Assembly: GCA_003142185.1 (NCBI GenBank)
Contig: PLOR01000022.1
Location: 2,336 to 66,335, forward strand
Direction: 5' to 3'
Source of the DNA: Bryobacterales bacterium
GTDB lineage: Bacteria; Acidobacteriota; Terriglobia; Bryobacterales; Bryobacteraceae
DNA: 64,000 nt
The position numbers were made by a program, and so were the translations under genes. The notes beneath the pieces were generated by a model, which saw nothing but the letters and a program-made list of their open reading frames with translations, made no database searches and was not told where the DNA came from. Positions 20,189 through 28,229 of this stretch are shown piece after piece. Within the stretch, counting starts at the first letter, position 1; every line of letters begins with the position of its first letter.

Positions 20189-21313
20189 ATGGCGAAGACA
20201 CGTGTTCTGGTGATCGAGGATTCCCTGACGGTTCGAAAGCGCATGTTGGAGGTGCTGGCCGCCGATCCCGACATCGAAATCGTTGGCCAAGCCGGCGACG
20301 GCAAGCGCGGAATCGAGTTGTGCCAGCACCTGCGGCCGGACGTCGTCACCCTGGACATGATGCTGCCCGTGATGAGTGGCCTGGCGGTCACGGAATTCAT
20401 CATGGCCTACTGCCCGACGCCGATTCTCATCGTGTCCGCCTCGACGAACCGGGGAGAGCTCTTCAAGACGTACGAAGCCCTGGCGGCCGGCGCCCTGGAC
20501 GTGCTCGACAAGCCTCTGGGAAACGAGTCCGACGATACCTGGGAACAGAAGCTCGTCTCCACCGTCAAGCTCATCTCGCGCATCAAGGTCATCATGCATC
20601 CAAGGGCCCGGCTTGGCCCGATGGGACGGCCGCCGGGTGGCCCTGCTTCGATTGAGTCCGCTGCCCGCGGCACGGCGCTCGCTGCGCCCGTCGCGGAACG
20701 CCAGGCGCTGCAGCGAGAGGGCTGTCTGCGCGCCGTCGCGATTGGGGTCTCCACGGGCGGGCCAGCGGCGCTCATCGAGATCCTGCGCGGGTTGCCCCAC
20801 GGCTTCCCGCTTCCCATTCTCCTGGTCATCCATATCGGGAAGCTCTTCGCCCCCGCTTTCGCCGAATGGCTGGATGGGCAGAGCCCCCTCCGCGTTGCCT
20901 ACGTGGCCGATGGCGATCCTCTCCCTCCATTCGGAGAGGGGAAAGTGCTGGTGGCATGTCCCGACAGCCACCTCGTGCTCCGCCAGGGCAAGCTCCGGCT
21001 CACTCAGGATCCGGAACGACACTCCTGCCGGCCGTCGGTCGATGTTCTCTTCGCTTCCCTGGCGCAGGAGCTCGGTGCCGACTGTGCGGCCTGCCTCCTC
21101 ACGGGGATGGGCAGGGATGGAGCCGAGGGACTCTTGGCCATACGACGTGCTGGCGGAAGGACGATTGCCCAGGACGAATCGACGTCGGTGGTGTTCGGCA
21201 TGCCGAAGGAAGCGATCCTTCTCGGAGCGGCCGAGCAGGTCCTTCCTCTGGAGAAAATTGCGTCGGTGCTTGGCGCGCTGGCGCGCGGCGCGGATACAGG
21301 GAGGCGGATATGA
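20189..21313 (+). CDS. cheB: CheB-type receiver-methylesterase (WspF-like)
   Basis: 374 aa with REC (VLVIEDSLTVR...VTLDMMLPVMSG) followed by the methylesterase core (AIGVSTGGPAAL...LTGMGRDGA). Confidence 0.9.
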   Translation: MAKTRVLVIEDSLTVRKRMLEVLAADPDIEIVGQAGDGKRGIELCQHLRPDVVTLDMMLPVMSGLAVTEFIMAYCPTPILIVSASTNRGELFKTYEALAAGALDVLDKPLGNESDDTWEQKLVSTVKLISRIKVIMHPRARLGPMGRPPGGPASIESAARGTALAAPVAERQALQREGCLRAVAIGVSTGGPAALIEILRGLPHGFPLPILLVIHIGKLFAPAFAEWLDGQSPLRVAYVADGDPLPPFGEGKVLVACPDSHLVLRQGKLRLTQDPERHSCRPSVDVLFASLAQELGADCAACLLTGMGRDGAEGLLAIRRAGGRTIAQDESTSVVFGMPKEAILLGAAEQVLPLEKIASVLGALARGADTGRRI

Positions 21314-24156
21314 AGCCACGGGTCCTCATCGTGGACGACAGCCTGACGGTGCGAATGGACATCGGCGAAGCCCTCCAGTCGGCCGGCTTCGACACGGTTC
21401 TGTGCGCCGACCTTCGAAGCGCGAGAGAGGCGCTCGCCCGTGAAGGCTCTGTCCTGATCGTCCTCGATATCCTGCTGCCAGACGGGGATGGGCTCGATTT
21501 TCTCAAAGAGCTGAGGAGTTCGCCGACGACAGCCCAAATGCCGGTGCTGCTGCTTTCCACCGAGGCCGACGCCAAGAACCGCGTCCGGGGGATGGGCGCG
21601 GGCGCCGACGAGTACATCGGTAAACCCTATGACCTCGGACTGCTCGTCGCGAGGGCACGGGCGCTCACGCAAGCGGATGCGAGTGGTGGGGTTGGATTGG
21701 GCCGCCGCGTGCTGGTGATCGACGACAGCGTCACCTTCCGCGACGAGCTCAGACAATCGCTCGAAGGCGCCGGGTACCACGTTCGGGAAGCCGCCACCGG
21801 GGAAGAGGGCCTGGCGCTGGCTGCCGCCGACCGGCCTGACGCGGTCGTCGTGGACGGCATACTCCCGGGCATCGATGGAGCCACCGTGGTACGCCGTCTC
21901 AAGTCGGACACGGCGTTGCGAAGCACACCGTGTCTGCTCTTGACAGGCGCCGAGGGTACCAACGACGGACTGCGGGCGCTCGAGGCGGGTGCGGATGCTT
22001 ATGTGCGCAAGAGCGAGGACCTCGGCGTCATCCTGGTTCGCCTCGCGGCGCTCCTGCGCGGCGCGATTGCTACCGGTGGCGAGACGAGCCCGAGCCTCCT
22101 CGGCCCCAAGCGCCTGCTCGCCGTCGACGACAGCATCACCTACCTTCAGGAGCTCGGTAGCCAGCTTCGCCGGGAAGGTTACCATGTGGTCATGGCAAGC
22201 TCCGGCGAGGAGGCGCTGGAACTCCTCGCGGCTCGGCCGGTGGACGGCATTCTGCTCGATCTCGTCATGCCTGGATTGTCCGGCCAGGACACGTGCAAGC
22301 GCATCAAACAGCGAGCCGAATGGCGCGACATCCCCCTCATCATGCTCACGGCGCGCGACGATCGGGATGCGATGATCGAAGGCATCAACGCCGGCGCCGA
22401 CGACTACATTGCCAAGTCCGCCGACTTCGACGTTCTCAAGGCCCGCTTGCGCGCTCAGCTTCGCCGCAAATACTTCGAGGATGAGAACCGCCGTATCCGC
22501 GAGAAGCTAGTTCGGAGGGAGACCGAAGCCACCGCGCGCGAGCAGGGGGAAGCGGAACAGAAAAAGCTCGATCAGCGCCTGCGCGACCAGCAGTTCTACA
22601 CGCGCTCTCTCATCGAATCCAACATCGACGCGCTGATGACCACCGATCCGCTCGGCATTATTACCGACGTCAACAAGCAGATGGAGGCGCTCACCGGCTG
22701 CACGCGCGATGAGTTGATCGGCGCGCCGTCCAAGAACTACTTTACCGATCCGGAGCGGGCCGAAGCGGCCATCAAGCTGGTGCTGCGCGAAAAAAAAGTC
22801 ACCGACTACGAACTCACCGCGCGCGCCCGGGATGGCAAGAAAACGGAGGTATCCTACAACGCCACTACCTTCTACGACCGGGATAGGACGCTGCAGGGCG
22901 TATTGGCCATCGCGCGGGACGTCACGGAGCGCAAACGCAACGAGCAGGCGCTCCAGGAAACGAACACCGAGCTGGCGAGCGCCAAGTCCGCCGCGGAGGA
23001 AGCCAACCTCGCGAAATCGGATTTCCTCTCCAGCATGAGCCATGAGCTTCGTAGCCCGCTCAATGCGATCCTCGGTTTCGCCCAACTGATGGAGTTGGCC
23101 TCCCCGTTGCCGACGGACTCTCAGAAGGAAAGCATTGCCCAGATTCTCCAGGCGGGATGGCATCTGCTAAAGTTGATCAACGAAATTCTGGATCTCTCGG
23201 TGATCGAGTCCGGAAAGGTGTCGCTATCGACGGAATCCGTGTCGTTGGCCGAGGTCATGTCCGAATGCCAGGCCATGATGGAGCCGCAGGCGCAACAGCT
23301 TGGCATCGGCATGACCTTTCCTCGGTTCGACAACCCGTTCTTTGTCAGCGCCGACCGGACCCGGTTGAAGCAGATTGTCATCAACCTGCTTTCCAACGCG
23401 ATCAAATACAACAAGGAGCAGGGAACGGTCGTCGTGGATTGCACCACGAGCACCCCGGGCTTCACTCGCATCAGCGTCAAGGACACCGGTGCGGGATTGT
23501 CCCCGGAAAAGCTGGCGCAACTGTTCCAGCCCTTCAATCGGCTCGGACAAGAGGCGGGCGGTGTGGCAGGCACGGGCATCGGCCTGGTGGTGACCAAGCG
23601 GCTGGCGGAACTGATGGGGGGCGTGCTCGGCGTTGAAAGCACTGCCGGCGAGGGAAGCGTGTTCTGGTGCGAGTTGATCTCGTGCGCTGCACCAGAACTT
23701 GTAGTCGAAAGCGGCGAAGCCGCAACAGTTGACAGACCGCCAGTGCCGGCCGGTGCGCGGCCGCGCACCCTGCTCTATGTCGAGGACAACCCGGCGAACA
23801 TGAAACTGGTCGAGCAACTCATCGCGCGGCGCCCTGACATGCGACTGTTGACTGCGGTGAACGGTACTCTCGGCATTGAGGTAGCGCGCACCACTCGGCC
23901 GACGGTGATCCTGATGGACATCAATCTGCCCGGCATCAGCGGTGTGGAAGCATTGAAAGTCTTGCGCATAGACCCGGCCACGGCGCACATCCCCGTCGTT
24001 GCCCTCAGCGCCAATGCCATGCCCCGCGACATCGAGATGGGCCTGGACGCGGGGTTCTTCCGCTATCTCACCAAACCCATCAAGATCAAAGAATTCATGG
24101 ATACGCTGAACACGGCATTGGAATTTGCAGAAGAGGAACTTTGCCGGCGCAAATGA
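21310..24156 (+). CDS. Hybrid sensor histidine kinase: REC-REC-REC-coiled coil-PAS-HisKA-HATPase-REC
   Basis: ATG at 21310 overlaps the cheB stop (ATGA). There are three N-terminal receivers (VLIVDDSLTV.., VLVIDDSVTF.., LLAVDDSITY..), each with an acceptor Asp context. These are followed by PAS, H-box SHELRSPLN, a G-box and a fourth REC (LLYVEDNPANM...ILMDINLPGISG). The in-frame upstream part of ORF 20866.. overlaps cheB and is not used. Confidence 0.85.
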   Translation: MKPRVLIVDDSLTVRMDIGEALQSAGFDTVLCADLRSAREALAREGSVLIVLDILLPDGDGLDFLKELRSSPTTAQMPVLLLSTEADAKNRVRGMGAGADEYIGKPYDLGLLVARARALTQADASGGVGLGRRVLVIDDSVTFRDELRQSLEGAGYHVREAATGEEGLALAAADRPDAVVVDGILPGIDGATVVRRLKSDTALRSTPCLLLTGAEGTNDGLRALEAGADAYVRKSEDLGVILVRLAALLRGAIATGGETSPSLLGPKRLLAVDDSITYLQELGSQLRREGYHVVMASSGEEALELLAARPVDGILLDLVMPGLSGQDTCKRIKQRAEWRDIPLIMLTARDDRDAMIEGINAGADDYIAKSADFDVLKARLRAQLRRKYFEDENRRIREKLVRRETEATAREQGEAEQKKLDQRLRDQQFYTRSLIESNIDALMTTDPLGIITDVNKQMEALTGCTRDELIGAPSKNYFTDPERAEAAIKLVLREKKVTDYELTARARDGKKTEVSYNATTFYDRDRTLQGVLAIARDVTERKRNEQALQETNTELASAKSAAEEANLAKSDFLSSMSHELRSPLNAILGFAQLMELASPLPTDSQKESIAQILQAGWHLLKLINEILDLSVIESGKVSLSTESVSLAEVMSECQAMMEPQAQQLGIGMTFPRFDNPFFVSADRTRLKQIVINLLSNAIKYNKEQGTVVVDCTTSTPGFTRISVKDTGAGLSPEKLAQLFQPFNRLGQEAGGVAGTGIGLVVTKRLAELMGGVLGVESTAGEGSVFWCELISCAAPELVVESGEAATVDRPPVPAGARPRTLLYVEDNPANMKLVEQLIARRPDMRLLTAVNGTLGIEVARTTRPTVILMDINLPGISGVEALKVLRIDPATAHIPVVALSANAMPRDIEMGLDAGFFRYLTKPIKIKEFMDTLNTALEFAEEELCRRK

Positions 24157-24180
24157 AGCGGGAGGAATGTTAAGGTCAGT

Positions 24181-25035
24181 TCATCCGATATTCTTAACGC
24201 AAAGTCCTGATCGTAGACGATCAGGAAGCCAGTGTCCTTCTGCTCGAGCGGATGCTGCGCGGCGCGCCGGCAACGCGGGATTCAGTTGGGTTGGCAGCAG
24301 CGGGGCTTGGTGCAAGATCGCGTCGAACGTTGCCGCCGATGTGGTGCCCTGGAACGGCAACGCACCGGTAGCCATCTGATAAAGAACCACGCCAAAGGAA
24401 AACAGGTCGGTACGCGCGTCCAGATCATGGCCGAGAGCCTGCTCGGGCGACATATAAGCGATGGTGCCTACGGCCGTCCCGGGACTGGTGATCGGTTCTT
24501 CGGTCATGGCTTGCGTGGGCGCCAAGGAGTTGGCCGCCAACTCTGGCGGCCCGGTGATCTTGGCGAGCCCGAAATCCAGGACTTTGACGTGCCCGGCGTG
24601 TCCTGCCCGCGCGGGCCCGATAAAGATGTTGCCAGGCTTGATGTCGCGATGCACGATGCCTTTGGCGTGAGCCGCTGCCAGCGCGTCGGCGATCTGCATT
24701 GCCACCTGCAGTAACTCTTCCGAGGCGACAGGTCTGCCGGCGAGACGTTGTTGGAGTGGCTGGCCTTCCAGCAGTTCCATCACCAGGAAGGGCCGGCCCT
24801 CAGATTCGCCGATGTCGTAAATTGCGCAGATATGAGGATGATTGAGCGCCGAGGCAGCACGGGCCTCGCGTTGAAACCGCTCCAGCGCGACAGGGTCCGT
24901 GGCGAATTGCTCGGGGAGGATTTTCAGCGCCACATGACGCCCCAGCCGGATGTCTTCGGCGCGGTACACCACACCCATGCCGCCACCGCCCACCTTCTCG
25001 ACGATGCGGTAATGAATGAAGGTTTTGCCGAGCAT
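24181..25035 (-). pseudogene. Ser/Thr protein kinase catalytic domain, C-terminally truncated
   Basis: Natural-looking start [28 protein letters not shown], then [17 protein letters not shown] and SPEQ. Homology is lost after ...LNPALPA, and no C-terminal sensor domain is present. Confidence 0.7.
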
Positions 25036-25224
25036 CAACAAGTGCGCTTGGTACTGGCGCAGATGTTCGGGCCCGAGCTTGTCGGGCGGTTGGTGGAAGT
25101 GTTGGGCGAAGTCCTGCACGATTCGCAGGTAGCCTTTTACGGTACTCTGGGCATAATTACGACGCTGGAGTTCCTCCAGCATCATGGTTCGAAGTTGGGT
25201 CACAGGGACCCCCTTGTGACCCAT
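25036..25224 (-). pseudogene. Tyrosine-recombinase N-terminal SAM-like domain fragment, fused in frame to the kinase ORF
   Basis: The first 63 codons of ORF 24181..25224 read [53 protein letters not shown]. This is the XerD/IntI-like core-binding helix pattern, and no catalytic domain follows. Confidence 0.6.
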
Positions 25225-25385
25225 AAAATACCGCCGCGATCAGTCGCTTGCCGCCGGCCTGAACCACGCGCAGCGTCCGCCGCGCCAGCGGCTTCGTTCA
25301 AACGCGCCAGGGTTCGGTGATCGACATTGCCAATTCCCATTGAGCACGGCTTCGTTCCGCCAAGAGCGGCGCCCCGTTGACGCGG

Positions 25386-25409
25386 ACGTTATCACCTCAT
25401 ATCGGTAGC
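25386..25409 (+). repeat. Copy 6 of bipartite motif
   Basis: ACGTTA TCACCTCA TATCGG TAGC. Lies 160 bp from the integrase-fragment start and 221 bp upstream of the 25630 ORF. Confidence 0.75.
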
Positions 25410-25629
25410 TGCCGCTGGGCGACGGTCGGGACCAGTTGCGCACAAATGAGCGCGGATTCGATCACGGTGTGCACCGCGCACCCGCTAGATCATTTCTACC
25501 GGAATGCTCTGGACGAACTTCTCCAACTCCGCATCGGTCAGACCACCGCGGGATGCCGCCACCTGCGTAGCGGGTGCTCCCCGAAGCGCACCCCGTGTGG
25601 CGCCCGCGCTTGTGCGATGATCGAAAAGT

Positions 25630-25926
25630 ATGGCTGCACTGCTCACGGTGGTCGCCGAGATGAAAGCCAAGCCCGGCAAGGAAGAGGATCTGCGCCGCGC
25701 GGTGCTCGCGTTGATCGAGCCCACCCGGCGGGAGGATGGCTGCGCGCAGTACGATCTGCATGTCCACACCGAAGACCCGGGCCGCTTTCTTTTCTACGAG
25801 AACTGGGCTTCGCCGGAGCACCTCGAGCGGCACGCCGCGTCCGCCCATTTCCGCGCTTTCGAGAAGATGGTCGGTGACCTTCTGGCCGAGCCGATGTGCG
25901 TTGAAACCTATCGGCGCATCGCTTAG
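25630..25926 (+). CDS. ABM-domain (antibiotic-biosynthesis/quinol monooxygenase-like) protein
   Basis: 98 aa: LLTVVAEMKAKPGKEEDLRRAVLALIEPTRREDGCAQYDLH...FLFYENWASPEHLERHAASAHF is the typical ABM dimeric alpha+beta-barrel pattern. Confidence 0.8.
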   Translation: MAALLTVVAEMKAKPGKEEDLRRAVLALIEPTRREDGCAQYDLHVHTEDPGRFLFYENWASPEHLERHAASAHFRAFEKMVGDLLAEPMCVETYRRIA

Positions 25927-25964
25927 TCGGCCCGCTCGTCTGTGCTTCTGCGCCCAGGGTCGGT

Positions 25965-26708
25965 TTATTCCGCTTGCGGCGGCGCCATGCGCGTTCCGGG
26001 CGTGATGATGACTTCTCCTGTTGACCTCAGGCAGATTTCGTACACCCGGTCGGGCTCCAGACGCATGTAGGGCGCGTCGCCGTGGATAGCCCGCACGCCG
26101 CGCTCCTTCGCCAGTTTCTCGTCGTTGGCAAGATCCCAGAAGCGTTTCCAGAGATCCTTCTCGAATTCGCTGGTCGCCTGCCGCTCCGCGTAGACCTCGG
26201 GCACCTGGCCATCCTTGTCGATGACGAACCCATCTCCGGGCCGCATGGTGCTGGAGAAGATCCGACGAAACACCATAAGCGCCCCGCCCTTGACAGGGTC
26301 GCCCTGCTCGATGAAGTGGTCGTCGAACTTGATCACTAGGGTGTCAAAATAGACTTCTTGCCCCGGCAGAGTCATCTCTCGAGAGACATTGATCGGCTTG
26401 CCGGCGTCGTCAACCTCGGTGAACCTAATCGTGGTCTGTAGGCTCCCCTGCTGGTCGTTCGCCTGTCGAAGAACCTCAACCCGCGCCCGGCGGTCGATGC
26501 GCTTCAGAATCTTCAGGTAGGCTTCGAGGCGCTGCTTCTCTTGTTCGAGCTTGAGAATGGTCTCTTTCTGCCCGCGGATCTGGTCCTGCAGTGCCTGCCG
26601 CGGCTTGACGACCAGTTCATACGACAGATAGACGCTGGCGGCGGCGATCGCGACCAGCACCACGGACCCGACAAAGGACCGAATGGGAAAATGACGGCCG
26701 CTGCTCAT
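25965..26708 (-). CDS. Hypothetical membrane-anchored coiled-coil protein
   Basis: The start was chosen at MSSGRHF (ATG 26708), just before a TM helix (FVGSVVLVAIAAASVYLSY) and a coiled coil. The upstream in-frame part of ORF 25965..26954 has no coding character. Confidence 0.55.
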   Translation of the reverse strand: MSSGRHFPIRSFVGSVVLVAIAAASVYLSYELVVKPRQALQDQIRGQKETILKLEQEKQRLEAYLKILKRIDRRARVEVLRQANDQQGSLQTTIRFTEVDDAGKPINVSREMTLPGQEVYFDTLVIKFDDHFIEQGDPVKGGALMVFRRIFSSTMRPGDGFVIDKDGQVPEVYAERQATSEFEKDLWKRFWDLANDEKLAKERGVRAIHGDAPYMRLEPDRVYEICLRSTGEVIITPGTRMAPPQAE

Positions 26709-26715
26709 AGGATCC

Positions 26716-27519
26716 TCAACATCTACCAGACTTTCCGCTGGTCTCGTCTCTGCGATTGAGTATATACCCGCCAGCCTCCGAACCGCACCGAGAGACCAGG
26801 TGCCGCATCGCCGTTCTTGCCCGTATCGCAGTGATGCTGGGCGAACGCCGCAGCCATCCGTTTCGCAGTCCTCCCTGCTGACGCGCGCCACTGTGACCAG
26901 AAACTTCGCAACAAGGGCCGAGGTCTTTCCCCAGCGCACTTGCTGCTGGAGCAATCTTGGCGAGACCCGACCGCATCCACGTGCGGCGATATCGCGCCTT
27001 ATCGGAAGCTAACCTGTCAGGCTGCCGGACCGGCGCCGCTCGCTGCAGAGTGATCTCCCAGATCCTCGCCAGTTCCTTTAACTCAACGGTCTCGTTCAAG
27101 CGCGCGGTATGGACGCCCAGCCGATGCTTGTGGCCGTCAGAGTAGCGCAAAGGATTGCTCTCCGGAGGGATTGTGTAGACAGTGGTAGTGAGCTCGTCCT
27201 GCTCAATCGCGAAATCCAGTTTAAGGTCGTTCGCTGGGCTGGCGTCCGCGGCTCCGCCAGGGAGCGGACGAAGAGAACGAAGAGACATTTCCGTGGAGGT
27301 CAGGCCGCGTTCGCGTACGATGACGTAGCGGTCTGAGAGAATCCCGGCAGGTCCATCTGGTTGCGGGAGTTCCACTGCTAACTTCGCACCTTGCCACCAA
27401 GACACCGGCCTGTGCCGAATACGCCTTTGCTGTTGGATTACGATACCGCACACGACGACGATCAGCGCGCTTAAGACCGCTGCACCCGCGATCCTGCGTC
27501 CCGTGACAAGGCGCCGCAT
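26716..27519 (-). CDS. Hypothetical membrane protein (3' third doubtful)
   Basis: N-terminal TM helix (IAGAAVLSALIVVVCGIVI). The last 90 codons or so are Arg/Gly-rich and contain motif copy 7, so the true end is uncertain. Confidence 0.35.
   Translation of the reverse strand: MRRLVTGRRIAGAAVLSALIVVVCGIVIQQQRRIRHRPVSWWQGAKLAVELPQPDGPAGILSDRYVIVRERGLTSTEMSLRSLRPLPGGAADASPANDLKLDFAIEQDELTTTVYTIPPESNPLRYSDGHKHRLGVHTARLNETVELKELARIWEITLQRAAPVRQPDRLASDKARYRRTWMRSGLAKIAPAASALGKDLGPCCEVSGHSGARQQGGLRNGWLRRSPSITAIRARTAMRHLVSRCGSEAGGYILNRRDETSGKSGRC
26986..27009 (+). repeat. Copy 7 of bipartite motif
   Basis: GCGATA TCGCGCCT TATCGG AAGC. The spacer is identical to that of copy 3. Confidence 0.75.
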
Positions 27520-27643
27520 AAATTCTGTCCCGTATTCTACAGCGGGATCGCCAGGGTGAGAATCCCCTTGGCAGCGATCACTGATTTCCTTAGTGACACG
27601 AGTTCGCTGACGGCCGCGGTCCCGGCAGGGCTACTCCAGGCGA

Positions 27644-27667
27644 ACGATAAGGTTTATTATCGGCAGG
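27644..27667 (+). repeat. Copy 8 of bipartite motif
   Basis: ACGATA AGGTTTAT TATCGG CAGG, 140 bp upstream of the 27807 ORF. Confidence 0.65.
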
Positions 27668-27806
27668 CGCCGGGCCTGCGCCGGGGCGCCGTCTGTCACA
27701 CGCCAGTCTGCCACCTTTCGGCCCCGTTGCACATCGGTGGTTTGGGCGTTATACGTCAAATCGAGCACGAGTCCACCCGTCTGAAGAACGGCAGATCTTA
27801 ACTGAC

Positions 27807-28170
27807 ATGGAAAGCGACAAGCCCAGAATTCTCGTGATCGGCGCGGGCGTTAACGGCTCGGTCTGCGCCGCCCGCCTGCACGCCGGCGGCGTCGATGTCA
27901 CCGTCCTCGCCCGCCCCCAGCGCCTCGCCGTCCTGGAGCGCGATGGCATCGTCATCGAGAACCCCTTCAACCAGCGGCGCACCGTCGCCAAGGTCCCCCC
28001 TCATCAGCGAGCTCGCGCCCGCGGATCGCTACGACTACATCCTCGTGGTGGTCCGCCGCAACCAGGTCTCGGCCCTGCTGCCCACGCTCGCGGCGAACTG
28101 TTCGCCCAACGTCGTCTTCATGTACAACAACCTCCTCGGTCCCGCGGGGGGGCGCTGTGTCATCGTGACA
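27807..28170 (+). pseudogene. Ketopantoate-reductase (ApbA/PanE)-like NAD(P)-binding protein, frameshifted and 3'-truncated
   Basis: Rossmann start RILVIGAGVNGSVCAARL. The frame breaks in the C6 run at 27995-28000 and continues as LISELAPADRYDYILVVVRRNQVSALLPTLA...VVFMYNN in ORF 27895..28248. Homology ends near 28170 (G7 run at 28146-28152). Confidence 0.6.
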
Positions 28171-28229
28171 CACTCGCTTGAAAAAGCCGTTGATTCTAAA
28201 GCCGGTCTTCCGGCAGCCGAAGTGCTCCT

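Noticed and set aside
20866-21309. The N-terminal 148-codon extension of the hybrid kinase ORF (20866..24156).
   Set aside because: It overlaps the cheB coding region out of frame and is Arg/Gly-rich. The ATG at 21310 forms an ATGA overlap with the cheB stop and begins a canonical receiver (MKPRVLIVDD).
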